Sequence record: NC_023610.1
Strand: one strand, 5' to 3'
DNA: 64,000 nt
The position numbers and the translations under genes were made by a program. Below the pieces are notes generated by a model, which had not been told where the DNA came from, searched no databases, and saw nothing but the letters and a program-made list of their open reading frames with translations. This document shows positions 7,886 through 16,763 of this stretch, piece by piece (position 1 is the stretch's first letter; each line of letters opens with the position of its first letter).

Positions 7886-10183
7886 TTACTCCTCTTCATC
7901 GGAATAGTCGTCGTCGCTGTCGTCTTCGGAGTCGTCGTCTTCACTGGACTCTTCTTCCGTTTCAACCACGCTATCCTCAGGAACGATGTCGTCTTCTTCC
8001 TCTTCAGCTTCTTCTTCCGGGTCAATTGGTACTGCCACCGGTTGAGCCACATCAGGCGGAATCCCTAAACGGTCCACGTCGAAGTACGCAAACTGAGCGC
8101 CTGCGCAATACATCGTGTTGTTCAGGTAACTCAATGCCAGGGAATTCCCGACCGGAATCTCTTCACGGTCCACAACACGCTCAATGTCAGTTGGGCGGTC
8201 TGTGTTCATGATGTTACTGAAGATTTGATACAAGGCCTTCGGGTTGTTCGGACGGTCTACCTGGTCGGCCATATACTCGCCACCCAGAATACCTGCCTGG
8301 TTACGTACCTCGGCCTCACCCATCAGACGGATTGCCTGATAACGCCACGGGAGTGCATGGCGGTCTTTCTGCGACATCTTCGCCGGAACCCCATGAACCT
8401 GGCGACGCGGTGCATCGACGGCGGACCAGTCGTGACCCGTTTTCTCCAGGACAATCATGTAGTTAGCACCGATACGAATCTTGCTACGTGTACGACGGAG
8501 GTCACCCTTCTCGTTGTAAAACGTTACCGGACCGTAATCTGACGGGAACCGGTCTTCGATGTCACCTACGCCTTCCACCCCGATGTTCTGAGTGTGGGAC
8601 GGTAAGTAAATGTACATCATGTCTTCAACGACCGAGTTCACATGACGCTTCACGCGGCGAATGTCGTTACCCATCCCGTTGAACTCAATCAACTTATCGT
8701 AGAACGGTTTGGACAACACTTCGTAGAACGACATCAGCAGTTTATACGCTTCCCGATAGCCGTCGTCAGAACTGTCACGTTTAATCATTTCACGGACGCG
8801 TTCTTCCATGCGCATACACTGGAAGTTGTAATACTGCTCGAACACTTTCGGCGGGTTCATACGGTTAATAGAGACAACTGGAGCAGACAACACTTCAGCC
8901 ACCACACCGTATTGGTCCATCGGCATTTGTTCGCGTTTCAGCACTTTACAAATAACCCCTTTGTCACCCCAGCAGCCGGTTGCTTTGAACCCGATGGTAG
9001 GTACGACGTCGTAGGTGTATTTGATGACGATACGGCAGGTGTTCAGCTGCTGGCCGTTGTAGTTAGGGACCAGCTTCAGGCGACCCAGCCCTGGCATCTC
9101 ACTGGTGGCACCCGCAGAGTCACGAATCAGACGCGAGAACTTCTTAGAGAACTTCGGCGTCTTGTTGACCTTACGGTTGTCACGGATGATTTTATCGTAG
9201 GCGTCCAGGATACGCTTGTGATACTGACGACGGGCGTTATCGAAACGCGTTACGTCATCGGTTGGCGTCATCCCTTGTTCTTCCGGCGTCGGCTGCTGTT
9301 CCAGCGGGTCGTTTTCCGGTTTCCAGACTTCCACGTCAATCACACGAGCATTGCGGGTGTGCGCCTCAATGTAGACGAATTCATCGAAGAAGTAATCGAG
9401 TTCCATCATCTCTTTTGGCGACAACTCCACACCGCCCAGGATATCGTCGTGCTTACGCATTGCCAACAACAAACCGTCTTGTCGAATCCTGTCACCCGGT
9501 TCTGGGATAAGTTTCTGACGGTCTATCGTACCGTTCACGTTCAACAAGTAGTGGTCTTTCGGTACGTTAATTGCCACGGTACCGAAGCCACGAGATTTTG
9601 CTCGTTCGCACCATTCGTCCATGACCACAAATCCGTCTTCAGTAGTATACGGATGGGACATGGTGGCAGTTGTCGTCAGAAGACCTGGACGCCAGATGCC
9701 GTATTCATCAATTGACGGAGATTGCGCCAGCGTTGCCCCGGCCTGGAATGCCCCACCACGGTGGGCTTGTTCCAATGCTTTGAGGTTCAGCTTCTGCTCA
9801 TATCCGAAATTGTTATGATGCGAGACGTATTTGTCCACGTGCACGATATCGTATTCTTCTTTCTTACGGTTAAACACGATGTACGTGGTGCGTGGGTTTG
9901 TTGTGAAAGCGCCAAGACCTTGCCCAACATTGAACTTTTCGATTTTTTCAATGATGTCCATTGGGTCTTTGATTTTGGTCTTCCAGGTATACTTACCATA
10001 CTCGCGGCCAACTCCGGTATAAAACCGGTCGCGGGTACAGCCTTCAATCACCAACGCTTGGGGTAACTGACTACCCCACATTATCAAACGCGAGGCTGAC
10101 ACACCGCCCATCCATGGCAGTAAGTTACACGCCAGTCCCGTTAGTTCGGTATAGAGTTGATTCTCATTGGCTAGAGTACTCAT
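7886..10183 (-). CDS. Non-virion RNA polymerase beta C-terminal subunit (phiKZ gp71-73-like)
   Basis: LLPW...SASRLIMWGSQ, EDGFVV, GDKGVI and RLMGEAEV match RpoB motifs; long acidic tail. Confidence 0.9.
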   Translation of the reverse strand: MSTLANENQLYTELTGLACNLLPWMGGVSASRLIMWGSQLPQALVIEGCTRDRFYTGVGREYGKYTWKTKIKDPMDIIEKIEKFNVGQGLGAFTTNPRTTYIVFNRKKEEYDIVHVDKYVSHHNNFGYEQKLNLKALEQAHRGGAFQAGATLAQSPSIDEYGIWRPGLLTTTATMSHPYTTEDGFVVMDEWCERAKSRGFGTVAINVPKDHYLLNVNGTIDRQKLIPEPGDRIRQDGLLLAMRKHDDILGGVELSPKEMMELDYFFDEFVYIEAHTRNARVIDVEVWKPENDPLEQQPTPEEQGMTPTDDVTRFDNARRQYHKRILDAYDKIIRDNRKVNKTPKFSKKFSRLIRDSAGATSEMPGLGRLKLVPNYNGQQLNTCRIVIKYTYDVVPTIGFKATGCWGDKGVICKVLKREQMPMDQYGVVAEVLSAPVVSINRMNPPKVFEQYYNFQCMRMEERVREMIKRDSSDDGYREAYKLLMSFYEVLSKPFYDKLIEFNGMGNDIRRVKRHVNSVVEDMMYIYLPSHTQNIGVEGVGDIEDRFPSDYGPVTFYNEKGDLRRTRSKIRIGANYMIVLEKTGHDWSAVDAPRRQVHGVPAKMSQKDRHALPWRYQAIRLMGEAEVRNQAGILGGEYMADQVDRPNNPKALYQIFSNIMNTDRPTDIERVVDREEIPVGNSLALSYLNNTMYCAGAQFAYFDVDRLGIPPDVAQPVAVPIDPEEEAEEEEDDIVPEDSVVETEEESSEDDDSEDDSDDDYSDEEE

Positions 10184-10218
10184 TGATAATTCCTTAGTAT
10201 TGGAACACTGTCACTACG

Positions 10219-10226
10219 GTAATATA
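10219..10226 (-). promoter_or_regulatory. Early (virion RNAP) promoter TATATTAC
   Basis: Exact phiKZ early motif 36 nt upstream of the nvRNAP beta gene. Confidence 0.75.
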
Positions 10227-10240
10227 TACTTTAATTCCCG

Positions 10241-10244
10241 TATG
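10241..10244 (+). promoter_or_regulatory. Possible late promoter TATG
   Basis: phiKZ late motif ~30 nt upstream of a plus-strand gene; a 4-mer, so weak evidence. Confidence 0.35.
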
Positions 10245-10274
10245 GTTAAACACATCCGTTGAACAGGTGGCGTT

Positions 10275-10622
10275 ATGTCCGAAGTTAACACCCTCATGGT
10301 AAACCCGGGCTCAGCCTGGTATTACCGCCCATCATGGTACGCGACCATTGAAGACCACATGTACCTGTTTCGCGATACCACCAACTCCGAATTAGTGACG
10401 GTAGCGGATATTGACCGCCATCGTTACGAAGCTGATTTCTACGGTTATCTGCGAGACGTACACGAAATCAAACAACCGCAATACTGGTACGTGATTCTGC
10501 GGACCAATCACATGACCTCACCGCAAGAATTTGGGGCGGATAACCAGGCAATCTACTTACCAAAAACGGCAGTGGTTGACCGGGTTATGGAGCTGTTCAA
10601 AACCGCAAAAGGAATTGGGTGA
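10275..10622 (+). CDS. Probable baseplate wedge protein (T4 gp53/LysM-like)
   Basis: 115 aa; YWYVILRTNHMTSP resembles the gp53/LysM-type W.I...N..P motif. Confidence 0.4.
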   Translation: MSEVNTLMVNPGSAWYYRPSWYATIEDHMYLFRDTTNSELVTVADIDRHRYEADFYGYLRDVHEIKQPQYWYVILRTNHMTSPQEFGADNQAIYLPKTAVVDRVMELFKTAKGIG

Positions 10623-10649
10623 ATACTACATCCCATGTGGTCTCGGCGT

Positions 10650-10681
10650 AAAAAAGGAAGGGCGCAAGCCCTTCTTTTATT
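10650..10681. terminator. Bidirectional intrinsic terminator
   Basis: GAAGGGC-GCAA-GCCCTTC flanked by A and T tracts. Confidence 0.8.
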
Positions 10682-11009
10682 CTGCATTTCGGAGTGCGGT
10701 ATCGTAAAGTTGGTCCAGCCTTTTCTGACTGAAATGGTACCCCATCTTCTTAACCCGACAGTAAACCAGTTCCCGTAATTGGCGGTCACGTTCTTCCGGA
10801 ACCAGTGACTTCAACAATGCACCAAAGTCATCCCCTTTCTTGGGGGACGTTGAACTCAAACGAAAATCAACAAATACCTCTTTCGAGAGTATCTGGGGAA
10901 TGAGGGAGGGAACAACTTCCAGCTGACGACCAATTTCCTTGTCCGTCATCCCTTTTGCTTTTAGAGCCATCACTTCCTTGCGTGTCAAATATAGCTCGAT
11001 GGTAATCAC
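10677..11009 (-). CDS. Hypothetical protein with N-terminal HTH-like motif
   Basis: EVMALKAKGMTDKEIGRQLEV; GTG start. Confidence 0.55.
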   Translation of the reverse strand: MITIELYLTRKEVMALKAKGMTDKEIGRQLEVVPSLIPQILSKEVFVDFRLSSTSPKKGDDFGALLKSLVPEERDRQLRELVYCRVKKMGYHFSQKRLDQLYDTALRNAE

Positions 11010-11012
11010 GGG

Positions 11013-11231
11013 TTATTCCTCTAATTGACCGTGTTGTTCAAAGTGTTGAATCTCTTCAACAGAAAGATTGAATACCGCAGAGAGGCTGTCTATAGGAACG
11101 CCATTCTCCAACCCGTTACGCAAGTGCGTTTCCATGCGCAACCGGTGCATTTCTTTGGCGTCAATTTCCGCCTGCTTAATCAGGTCGTCGAGAGATTTCC
11201 TTAGCGGGTTAGGTTTGGGTACTTTTGCCAT
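11013..11231 (-). CDS. Small HTH-like protein (family with 36674 and 37063 ORFs)
   Basis: True start ATG11231 (MAKVPKP, SD GAGGA) lies after a terminator; GVPIDSLSAVFNLSVEEI. Confidence 0.6.
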   Translation of the reverse strand: MAKVPKPNPLRKSLDDLIKQAEIDAKEMHRLRMETHLRNGLENGVPIDSLSAVFNLSVEEIQHFEQHGQLEE

Positions 11232-11245
11232 GTTCGGGTCCTCTA

Positions 11246-11283
11246 AGAAAGAAAAAAGAAAGAGGGGCCGAAGCCCCTCTTTT
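11246..11283 (-). terminator. Intrinsic terminator (cUUCGg loop)
   Basis: AGAGGGGC-TTCG-GCCCCTCT plus a long U tract on the minus strand. Confidence 0.85.
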
Positions 11284-11286
11284 CTG

Positions 11287-12645
11287 TTAACGACGCCAGC
11301 CGCCGCGCCCACGGTCGCGACTGCGGTCATCACGTACTGATTCACCCCAGTCACGGCTGATACCGGAAGAGGTGGTTTCACGTGCATCATCGCGTCCACG
11401 GCCGCGGTCATCTTCGCGGTCACGGCTATAGCGGTCGTCACGGTCACGTTCACGACCACGGCGGTCGTCGTAATCATCACGGCTGCGGCCACGGTCACGG
11501 CTGTAACGACTGTCGCGGTCATCCCGGTCGTCATCACGCCCACGTCCGCCCCAGTTACCACCACGTCCACCACGGTCATCGTCACGTTCGTCACGACGTC
11601 CGCCACCCCAAGAGGCACGGCGAGGTTCATCACGGCTACCACGATTGTCCGTATAACGGTTTCCGCCACGGCTGTGCTGGTCACGGAGTTCACGACGTTC
11701 TTCACGTCCTTTCTCTTTGGCCAGACGGTCCTTCTCTTCCTTCAGCGTCCCTTCGTCCGCTTCCCCTTCGTTACCCGGCAGAGAGGATGGAATGTCTAAA
11801 CGGTAATCGTTCAACATTGACATCTCTTTCGTCCAGTTGGTCGGGATAATCCAGGCTTTCAGCGCCGGGTTATAGGACTCAAAGATTTTGAGCTGCGCGT
11901 TGATGTCTTTCGCCACACGGCTGTAGGCCATCATTAACGCATGGAAGTTTGGAGCCACCGGTGAATTCGACCCGTAGTTGTAATGCAGGTCGGCTTCGTC
12001 GATACCCGGCAGGATGTGGCGAATCAGCTTGAAGAAAGCTTCTTTGTCAGAGACCCGTGCCAGGTTCTTACCGTAGATGGCTTTACCGCCGGTGTACTCT
12101 TCATCCATCACGGGGAAGGACACGGAACACAGGCGTGCCACTTCTTCACCTTTCCAGGTACCGTTACGACGCACGAACAGGTTGATGAGGGCTTTCTCCT
12201 CACCGTCCATGTTTTTCAACAGAACGTCTTTGATACCTTTATAGGTGCGCTCGTCCGCATCTTCCATCAGACGCAGGAACCCTTTCTGTTCGGTGGTAAC
12301 CTGAGAATGCTGCTCGGTTTCCGCCGCCAGTTTGCTCATGGTCAGAATCAGTTCAGTCAGTGCGCCGTTCAAATGGTGTTGTGCCATCTTCACGGTACGT
12401 TCATGAATCAGAGACTTCTTACGAATCAGGTTCTCACCCAGCGGATGGAATGCCCAGAAGTTATCCCAGTCTGGGTCTGCCAGGAACTCTTCGGTTGGGA
12501 CACGCAGTTGCTTCCCTTCGATGGTGAAGGGGATGTTAACCCCCTCCTGTTTCAGCGTTACGAAGCCGGTGTCGTCAACTGACAGTCCAATGGCAGTAAG
12601 GACTTGACCGTAAAACTTCGAAATAGGTTTCTTTTTATCGGACAT
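11287..12645 (-). CDS. Conserved phiKZ-like protein (gp70 position) with RD/RGG-rich disordered C-terminus
   Basis: 452 aa; the last ~135 aa are R/D/G-rich; lies between PicA-like and nvRNAP beta genes. Confidence 0.7.
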   Translation of the reverse strand: MSDKKKPISKFYGQVLTAIGLSVDDTGFVTLKQEGVNIPFTIEGKQLRVPTEEFLADPDWDNFWAFHPLGENLIRKKSLIHERTVKMAQHHLNGALTELILTMSKLAAETEQHSQVTTEQKGFLRLMEDADERTYKGIKDVLLKNMDGEEKALINLFVRRNGTWKGEEVARLCSVSFPVMDEEYTGGKAIYGKNLARVSDKEAFFKLIRHILPGIDEADLHYNYGSNSPVAPNFHALMMAYSRVAKDINAQLKIFESYNPALKAWIIPTNWTKEMSMLNDYRLDIPSSLPGNEGEADEGTLKEEKDRLAKEKGREERRELRDQHSRGGNRYTDNRGSRDEPRRASWGGGRRDERDDDRGGRGGNWGGRGRDDDRDDRDSRYSRDRGRSRDDYDDRRGRERDRDDRYSRDREDDRGRGRDDARETTSSGISRDWGESVRDDRSRDRGRGGWRR

Positions 12646-12659
12646 TTTCTACTGGTTCC

Positions 12660-14192
12660 TTATAAATCGAGCAGGAAGCGTGACGCAGACGTTTCTTCAC
12701 GACGGGTGTCGCGGCTACGGCTGTTATGGTCAATCGCGGCGGTAATCAGGTCGTCCATGTCGTTCACGATGTTTTGCAGGACACTACTGTCATTTGCTTT
12801 CATCGGAGACAACAGACCATCACAGAAGACCGGTGAGTTAAACGGTTCCATTGGACTACCGTCAACGGAGATTTTAATCAGCATGTCAGTAGTAACACGG
12901 ATGTTCACGGACATGTTGAACGGCAGCTGGTTGTTACGAGACAACAGTAGACCCAGGTCGGTTTCCAGGCGCAGTTCCAACGCCTGTTCGTAACGGGAGA
13001 TATCCATGTCACGAATCAGCGGCATTGCGTTGATAACGCTGCAACGAATTTGACCGTCGAGAGTTTCGTTGGTCATTTCGATGATGGCAGACGAGATGAA
13101 GTTGTTCATGACCAGAGCAGGTAAGGTCTTTGAAATCATCTCAGCGGCCATGGTCACGTTGTTCGCGCCACGCCATTCGTTGGTATCACCACGACGAACA
13201 CGGTTGGTGTCGGTATGACGAGCAGAGCCGAAGCCTACCATCATTGCCCGTACATCACGCGGCCAGTCAACACAGTCCTGGAATTCAGAGAATGTGATTT
13301 CGGCATTGCGTTCGTATTCGGTACGAGACAGGAAGTTACGGAACAGTTCATTACGGTGCAACTCGGTCCCACGCAACATCGCTGCTGCACGTTCGCTCGG
13401 GTTGAGGTCGTCCTGACGTTCCATTTCTTCGTCCATACGGTTATCGTCAGAATGACGGGTACCGCGTTCGTTCTGGTCAACGGTTTCTGCCGTTACACCG
13501 GTACGAATGATATCGGACAGGTAGTTCGCTGGGTTGTTGTGGATACGGCGGGCTGTCTTAAAATCACCGGACAGGTTCGTACGGGAATCGTTGTACGCAT
13601 CAGCGCCACCGAAACGTCCCACGGTTTGTGCTTCGGACTTCTGGAAGAAGATGTCCTGTGGACGAATCAGAGTATCATGGTTCTGTACGCCAATGAGGTT
13701 ACGTTCCGTTGCACGACGGCCACGGATAATGTACTCACTGGATTCCATACGGCTACCACGACGACGGCCGCGACCCGTTTCAATTTCTTCATCACGGATG
13801 GTGAACGTGTTGTTGATGTACAGTACGGTATCCGGGTCCATCTCGCCAGACAACGACAGGTCAGCTTTGTCAGTAAAGCCGGTCAGTACCTGGCGGCAGG
13901 AAGACCCTGCGTAGTCTTCGGTCAGGACCACGATGATGAACGCCAGACGTTCTTCATCCCAACCGTTGGCAATCTGGATAATGTCATTACGACCCACATC
14001 GGCACGCAGTTCCAGGATTTCACCTACGGCACGGGCGCAGGTGGAGGCATCCAGATTACGTCCGTCATTGGTTTCACGCAGGAAGGTTTCACGTACATGG
14101 TCAGAACGACGGTTCGGGACGTAGTGACGACCGTACTGGTCTTCTTGACCGGAAGTTACGTAGAAGGTTGCTTCGAGTACACGCGGTTCCAT
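12660..14192 (-). CDS. Probable nuclear import factor PicA/Imp1 (phiKZ gp69 position)
   Basis: 510 aa; directly downstream of the gp68-like gene. Call rests on synteny. Confidence 0.55.
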   Translation of the reverse strand: MEPRVLEATFYVTSGQEDQYGRHYVPNRRSDHVRETFLRETNDGRNLDASTCARAVGEILELRADVGRNDIIQIANGWDEERLAFIIVVLTEDYAGSSCRQVLTGFTDKADLSLSGEMDPDTVLYINNTFTIRDEEIETGRGRRRGSRMESSEYIIRGRRATERNLIGVQNHDTLIRPQDIFFQKSEAQTVGRFGGADAYNDSRTNLSGDFKTARRIHNNPANYLSDIIRTGVTAETVDQNERGTRHSDDNRMDEEMERQDDLNPSERAAAMLRGTELHRNELFRNFLSRTEYERNAEITFSEFQDCVDWPRDVRAMMVGFGSARHTDTNRVRRGDTNEWRGANNVTMAAEMISKTLPALVMNNFISSAIIEMTNETLDGQIRCSVINAMPLIRDMDISRYEQALELRLETDLGLLLSRNNQLPFNMSVNIRVTTDMLIKISVDGSPMEPFNSPVFCDGLLSPMKANDSSVLQNIVNDMDDLITAAIDHNSRSRDTRREETSASRFLLDL

Positions 14193-14207
14193 TTATAGGC
14201 CTCGTTA

Positions 14208-15761
14208 TTAGGAATTGAGTTTAATGTAAAAGTCTGCTAACACCTGGCGGAAATTCATCGGCACGATGTAGCAACTGTCTTCGACGCGAATCATCTCTGA
14301 TTCATCGTGGATAGCATCAACAACTTGTGGTGACCAGCAGTGGTCTGAGCACGCCGCCATGATTGCTTCAATTGCAATCACCGCCGGGTTCTTAGACGTG
14401 GTGCGGTTACCTTGTTTGTTCAGCTTCACGGTACGTCGATAAGGGAGCAACTTCTCCAGCGCCGAGTTCTGGTAATCTTTGGTTTGAACACGGCCGAATT
14501 TGTTGTCCCCTAGAGAGGGGTCACGGCGTCGAGCTTCGCTTGCGCCAATCAATTCTGCGATGGTGGAGAATCCCCACTCATGACAGACGACCTGTGCAAT
14601 CGACATCAGCTTGACCGTGCCATCTCGGTTGATGTATCCGTAAGAACGTGGCGTAACGACCGGCTTGGTGATTAACCCTGCCAGACGCATCTGAAACTCT
14701 TTCGGGTTGAAAGACTTCCTTGCCATGTTCATGTTGATTTGATGACGCACCATCTCCAGGTCAATGTCCGGCTTTATCGCCAGTGCATTCGCCCTGTCGT
14801 CTTCTGTATAGAAGTCGAAGATGGCTTCTGTTACCTCCGAAACGTTAGCACGTAATGTATGGTTCTCCGCTGTGGATGTATTGTCCTCTTCGTTTTTGCC
14901 ACCACGGTCTATCTCTTTATCGCGGACACGGAACCCCTGGCGTTCTTCTACGGCTTTGACACGCGTGTCAATGTAGTTGAACAAGTTCGCAATGACGTTC
15001 CCCGTCTTCTCCTGGTCATCGTCTTTGTGCGACAGACGAATCTGGGTCAAACGGTCAACAACGCATTGACTGAACATCCAGTCTGGCATGTCCAACGTCC
15101 CAATCCCTTGCAGTAACGTACTGGTGCCGGAAATGATTCCTTTGTGCTCCAACGTTGCACTCACGAATTCTTCCAGACGCTGATAAGCATTGCTCTCAGC
15201 CAGTACCGTTTGTTCCACTAACCCCAACGCCCGTTTCTCTGGGAACGTATCGGTTATTGAGTTACGCATCCCGAGGTATTCCCCCCAGATAGGTAACATC
15301 ACTTTCAGTACCACCGACAATGCTGTCAAGTCATGGTACTCAGGTTCCAGGTAGGTTTGCTCCACCCGGTGTCCATCGTTTAGGGTGGTCGCCAACGTAT
15401 CCGGGAAACGGATGTCGCTGTGCGTTTTCACCCAATGGCACATCAGGTCAACCGGATGCAATGCCATTAATTTTTTCACCACGTCCCGTACTTCACGGAA
15501 GCGGTATGTTTGGTTAATCGTGTTATTCAACGATTCTGCTGCTTCCTTAAACAACGCAAAGACTTCACGGGTTTCATCATCCCCCATCTTCTCACGCCAT
15601 TCCCAATAATTGTTAATGTCGCGGAAAGTATCGTTGATGTCGCCTGCCCGGATTTTCGAATAGTACCCAAGGTTGTAAACAATCTGTTCACTCCCATGCT
15701 CGATTATAACCGCTTTGGTTTCACCGAGCAGCTCAACATCAGAGCGGATTCTCATTGACAC
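14208..15761 (-). CDS. Probable nvRNAP sigma-like specificity subunit (phiKZ gp68-like)
   Basis: 517 aa, similar in size and position to gp68; early promoter upstream. Confidence 0.6.
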   Translation of the reverse strand: MSMRIRSDVELLGETKAVIIEHGSEQIVYNLGYYSKIRAGDINDTFRDINNYWEWREKMGDDETREVFALFKEAAESLNNTINQTYRFREVRDVVKKLMALHPVDLMCHWVKTHSDIRFPDTLATTLNDGHRVEQTYLEPEYHDLTALSVVLKVMLPIWGEYLGMRNSITDTFPEKRALGLVEQTVLAESNAYQRLEEFVSATLEHKGIISGTSTLLQGIGTLDMPDWMFSQCVVDRLTQIRLSHKDDDQEKTGNVIANLFNYIDTRVKAVEERQGFRVRDKEIDRGGKNEEDNTSTAENHTLRANVSEVTEAIFDFYTEDDRANALAIKPDIDLEMVRHQINMNMARKSFNPKEFQMRLAGLITKPVVTPRSYGYINRDGTVKLMSIAQVVCHEWGFSTIAELIGASEARRRDPSLGDNKFGRVQTKDYQNSALEKLLPYRRTVKLNKQGNRTTSKNPAVIAIEAIMAACSDHCWSPQVVDAIHDESEMIRVEDSCYIVPMNFRQVLADFYIKLNS

Positions 15762-15811
15762 TTCTCCTTAAAAAGTATAACCATTGTCAATAAAGCCAAT
15801 GCTTCACTTAG

Positions 15812-15819
15812 GTAATATA
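15812..15819 (-). promoter_or_regulatory. Early promoter TATATTAC
   Basis: Exact motif ~50 nt upstream of the gp68-like gene. Confidence 0.75.
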
Positions 15820-15843
15820 TACTCGAGTCTTTTTAAGATTCGG

Positions 15844-15874
15844 AATAAACCGTCGCGGCCTTAGCCGCGACGGT
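15844..15874 (-). terminator. Intrinsic terminator
   Basis: 11-bp stem ACCGTCGCGGC/GCCGCGACGGT with a short U tail. Confidence 0.6.
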
Positions 15875-15915
15875 CATCGCTGTGCTGTCTTTGCTACATG
15901 CTCAGACGAAGGGAA

Positions 15916-16695
15916 TCAGAACGGGATGTCGGAATCGAAATCGCCGCCAGTGGCGCTACCACCACCAGTTTCGCCGCCCCATCCGCCGCCTGTAGCCTGC
16001 TGTTGAGGAGCTTGTTGTTGCTGGTTCTGTTGAGGTTTGCCCCAACCGCCGCCGCCCTGGCCGCCGTTCCCACCACCGTTCCGGCCGGAGAAGGCATTCT
16101 TGCGTTTGTTCTCTGAGGCAATCTTTACCTCATCGCGGTCCATGTAACCGGCGTCAATCAGACGGAAGAACTGACGTTCGAAGATTTTCGCTTTCGCACG
16201 TGCCACCAACATGGAGGCCTCGTTGTTCGGCAGGATAGAACCGTCTTTCGCCTGGTAGACAACGTCACGACCCGGCTTGAAGTAGAACTTCACGCTTGGA
16301 CGACCCTGTTGCGCCAGACCGAAGAACACGCCATCGTTGTCACGCATGATAACCAGTGACACGTCCAGCTCTTTCTTATCCAGCTTCTTACCGAACTTCC
16401 ACAGCACCATGTTACCCACTTTGAAGAAATCACGGGTACCAGAGGCAATGGCGTGGAGCTCGTCCAGAATAATCTGGAGGTTTTCCGGGTCGGTATAGAA
16501 GTCGATGCGACTGTTTTTATCATCGGTACGCAGGTTAACACCGATGTGCGGGATAGCCACTTTACCGTTTTCTTCGTAACGGAAGTCCCAGAACATGAAC
16601 GGTTGTTTGTCACCGCCATTCAGGGGGTCCGCGAACAGACGCATGTTCCAGTCATCCAGTAAACGCGTCGGTCGGTTCAGCTTGTTATCAGCCAT
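15916..16695 (-). CDS. ChmC-like nucleic-acid-binding protein (phiKZ gp67 position) with SSB-type acidic tip
   Basis: 259 aa: beta-rich core, G/Q linker and terminal DFDSDIPF; immediately upstream of the gp68-like gene. Confidence 0.6.
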   Translation of the reverse strand: MADNKLNRPTRLLDDWNMRLFADPLNGGDKQPFMFWDFRYEENGKVAIPHIGVNLRTDDKNSRIDFYTDPENLQIILDELHAIASGTRDFFKVGNMVLWKFGKKLDKKELDVSLVIMRDNDGVFFGLAQQGRPSVKFYFKPGRDVVYQAKDGSILPNNEASMLVARAKAKIFERQFFRLIDAGYMDRDEVKIASENKRKNAFSGRNGGGNGGQGGGGWGKPQQNQQQQAPQQQATGGGWGGETGGGSATGGDFDSDIPF

Positions 16696-16763
16696 TGTTC
16701 ATTCGCCTTCTTAGGTTTTGATAAGGGGTCCACATTAGATAAGACCCGTTCGTAAAAAATGTC

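Noticed and set aside
8642-9715. 357-aa plus-strand ORF (similarly 13215..14198, 37344..38111, 62708..63436 and others)
   Set aside because: Antisense to well-supported genes with no recognisable motifs; typical of codon bias producing open antisense frames.
11013-11849. Track ORFs 11013..11705 (V/T/A-rich) and 11382..11849 (H/G-rich)
   Set aside because: Alternative-frame shadows of the RD/RGG repeat. The long version crosses a terminator; only 11013..11231 has an SD.
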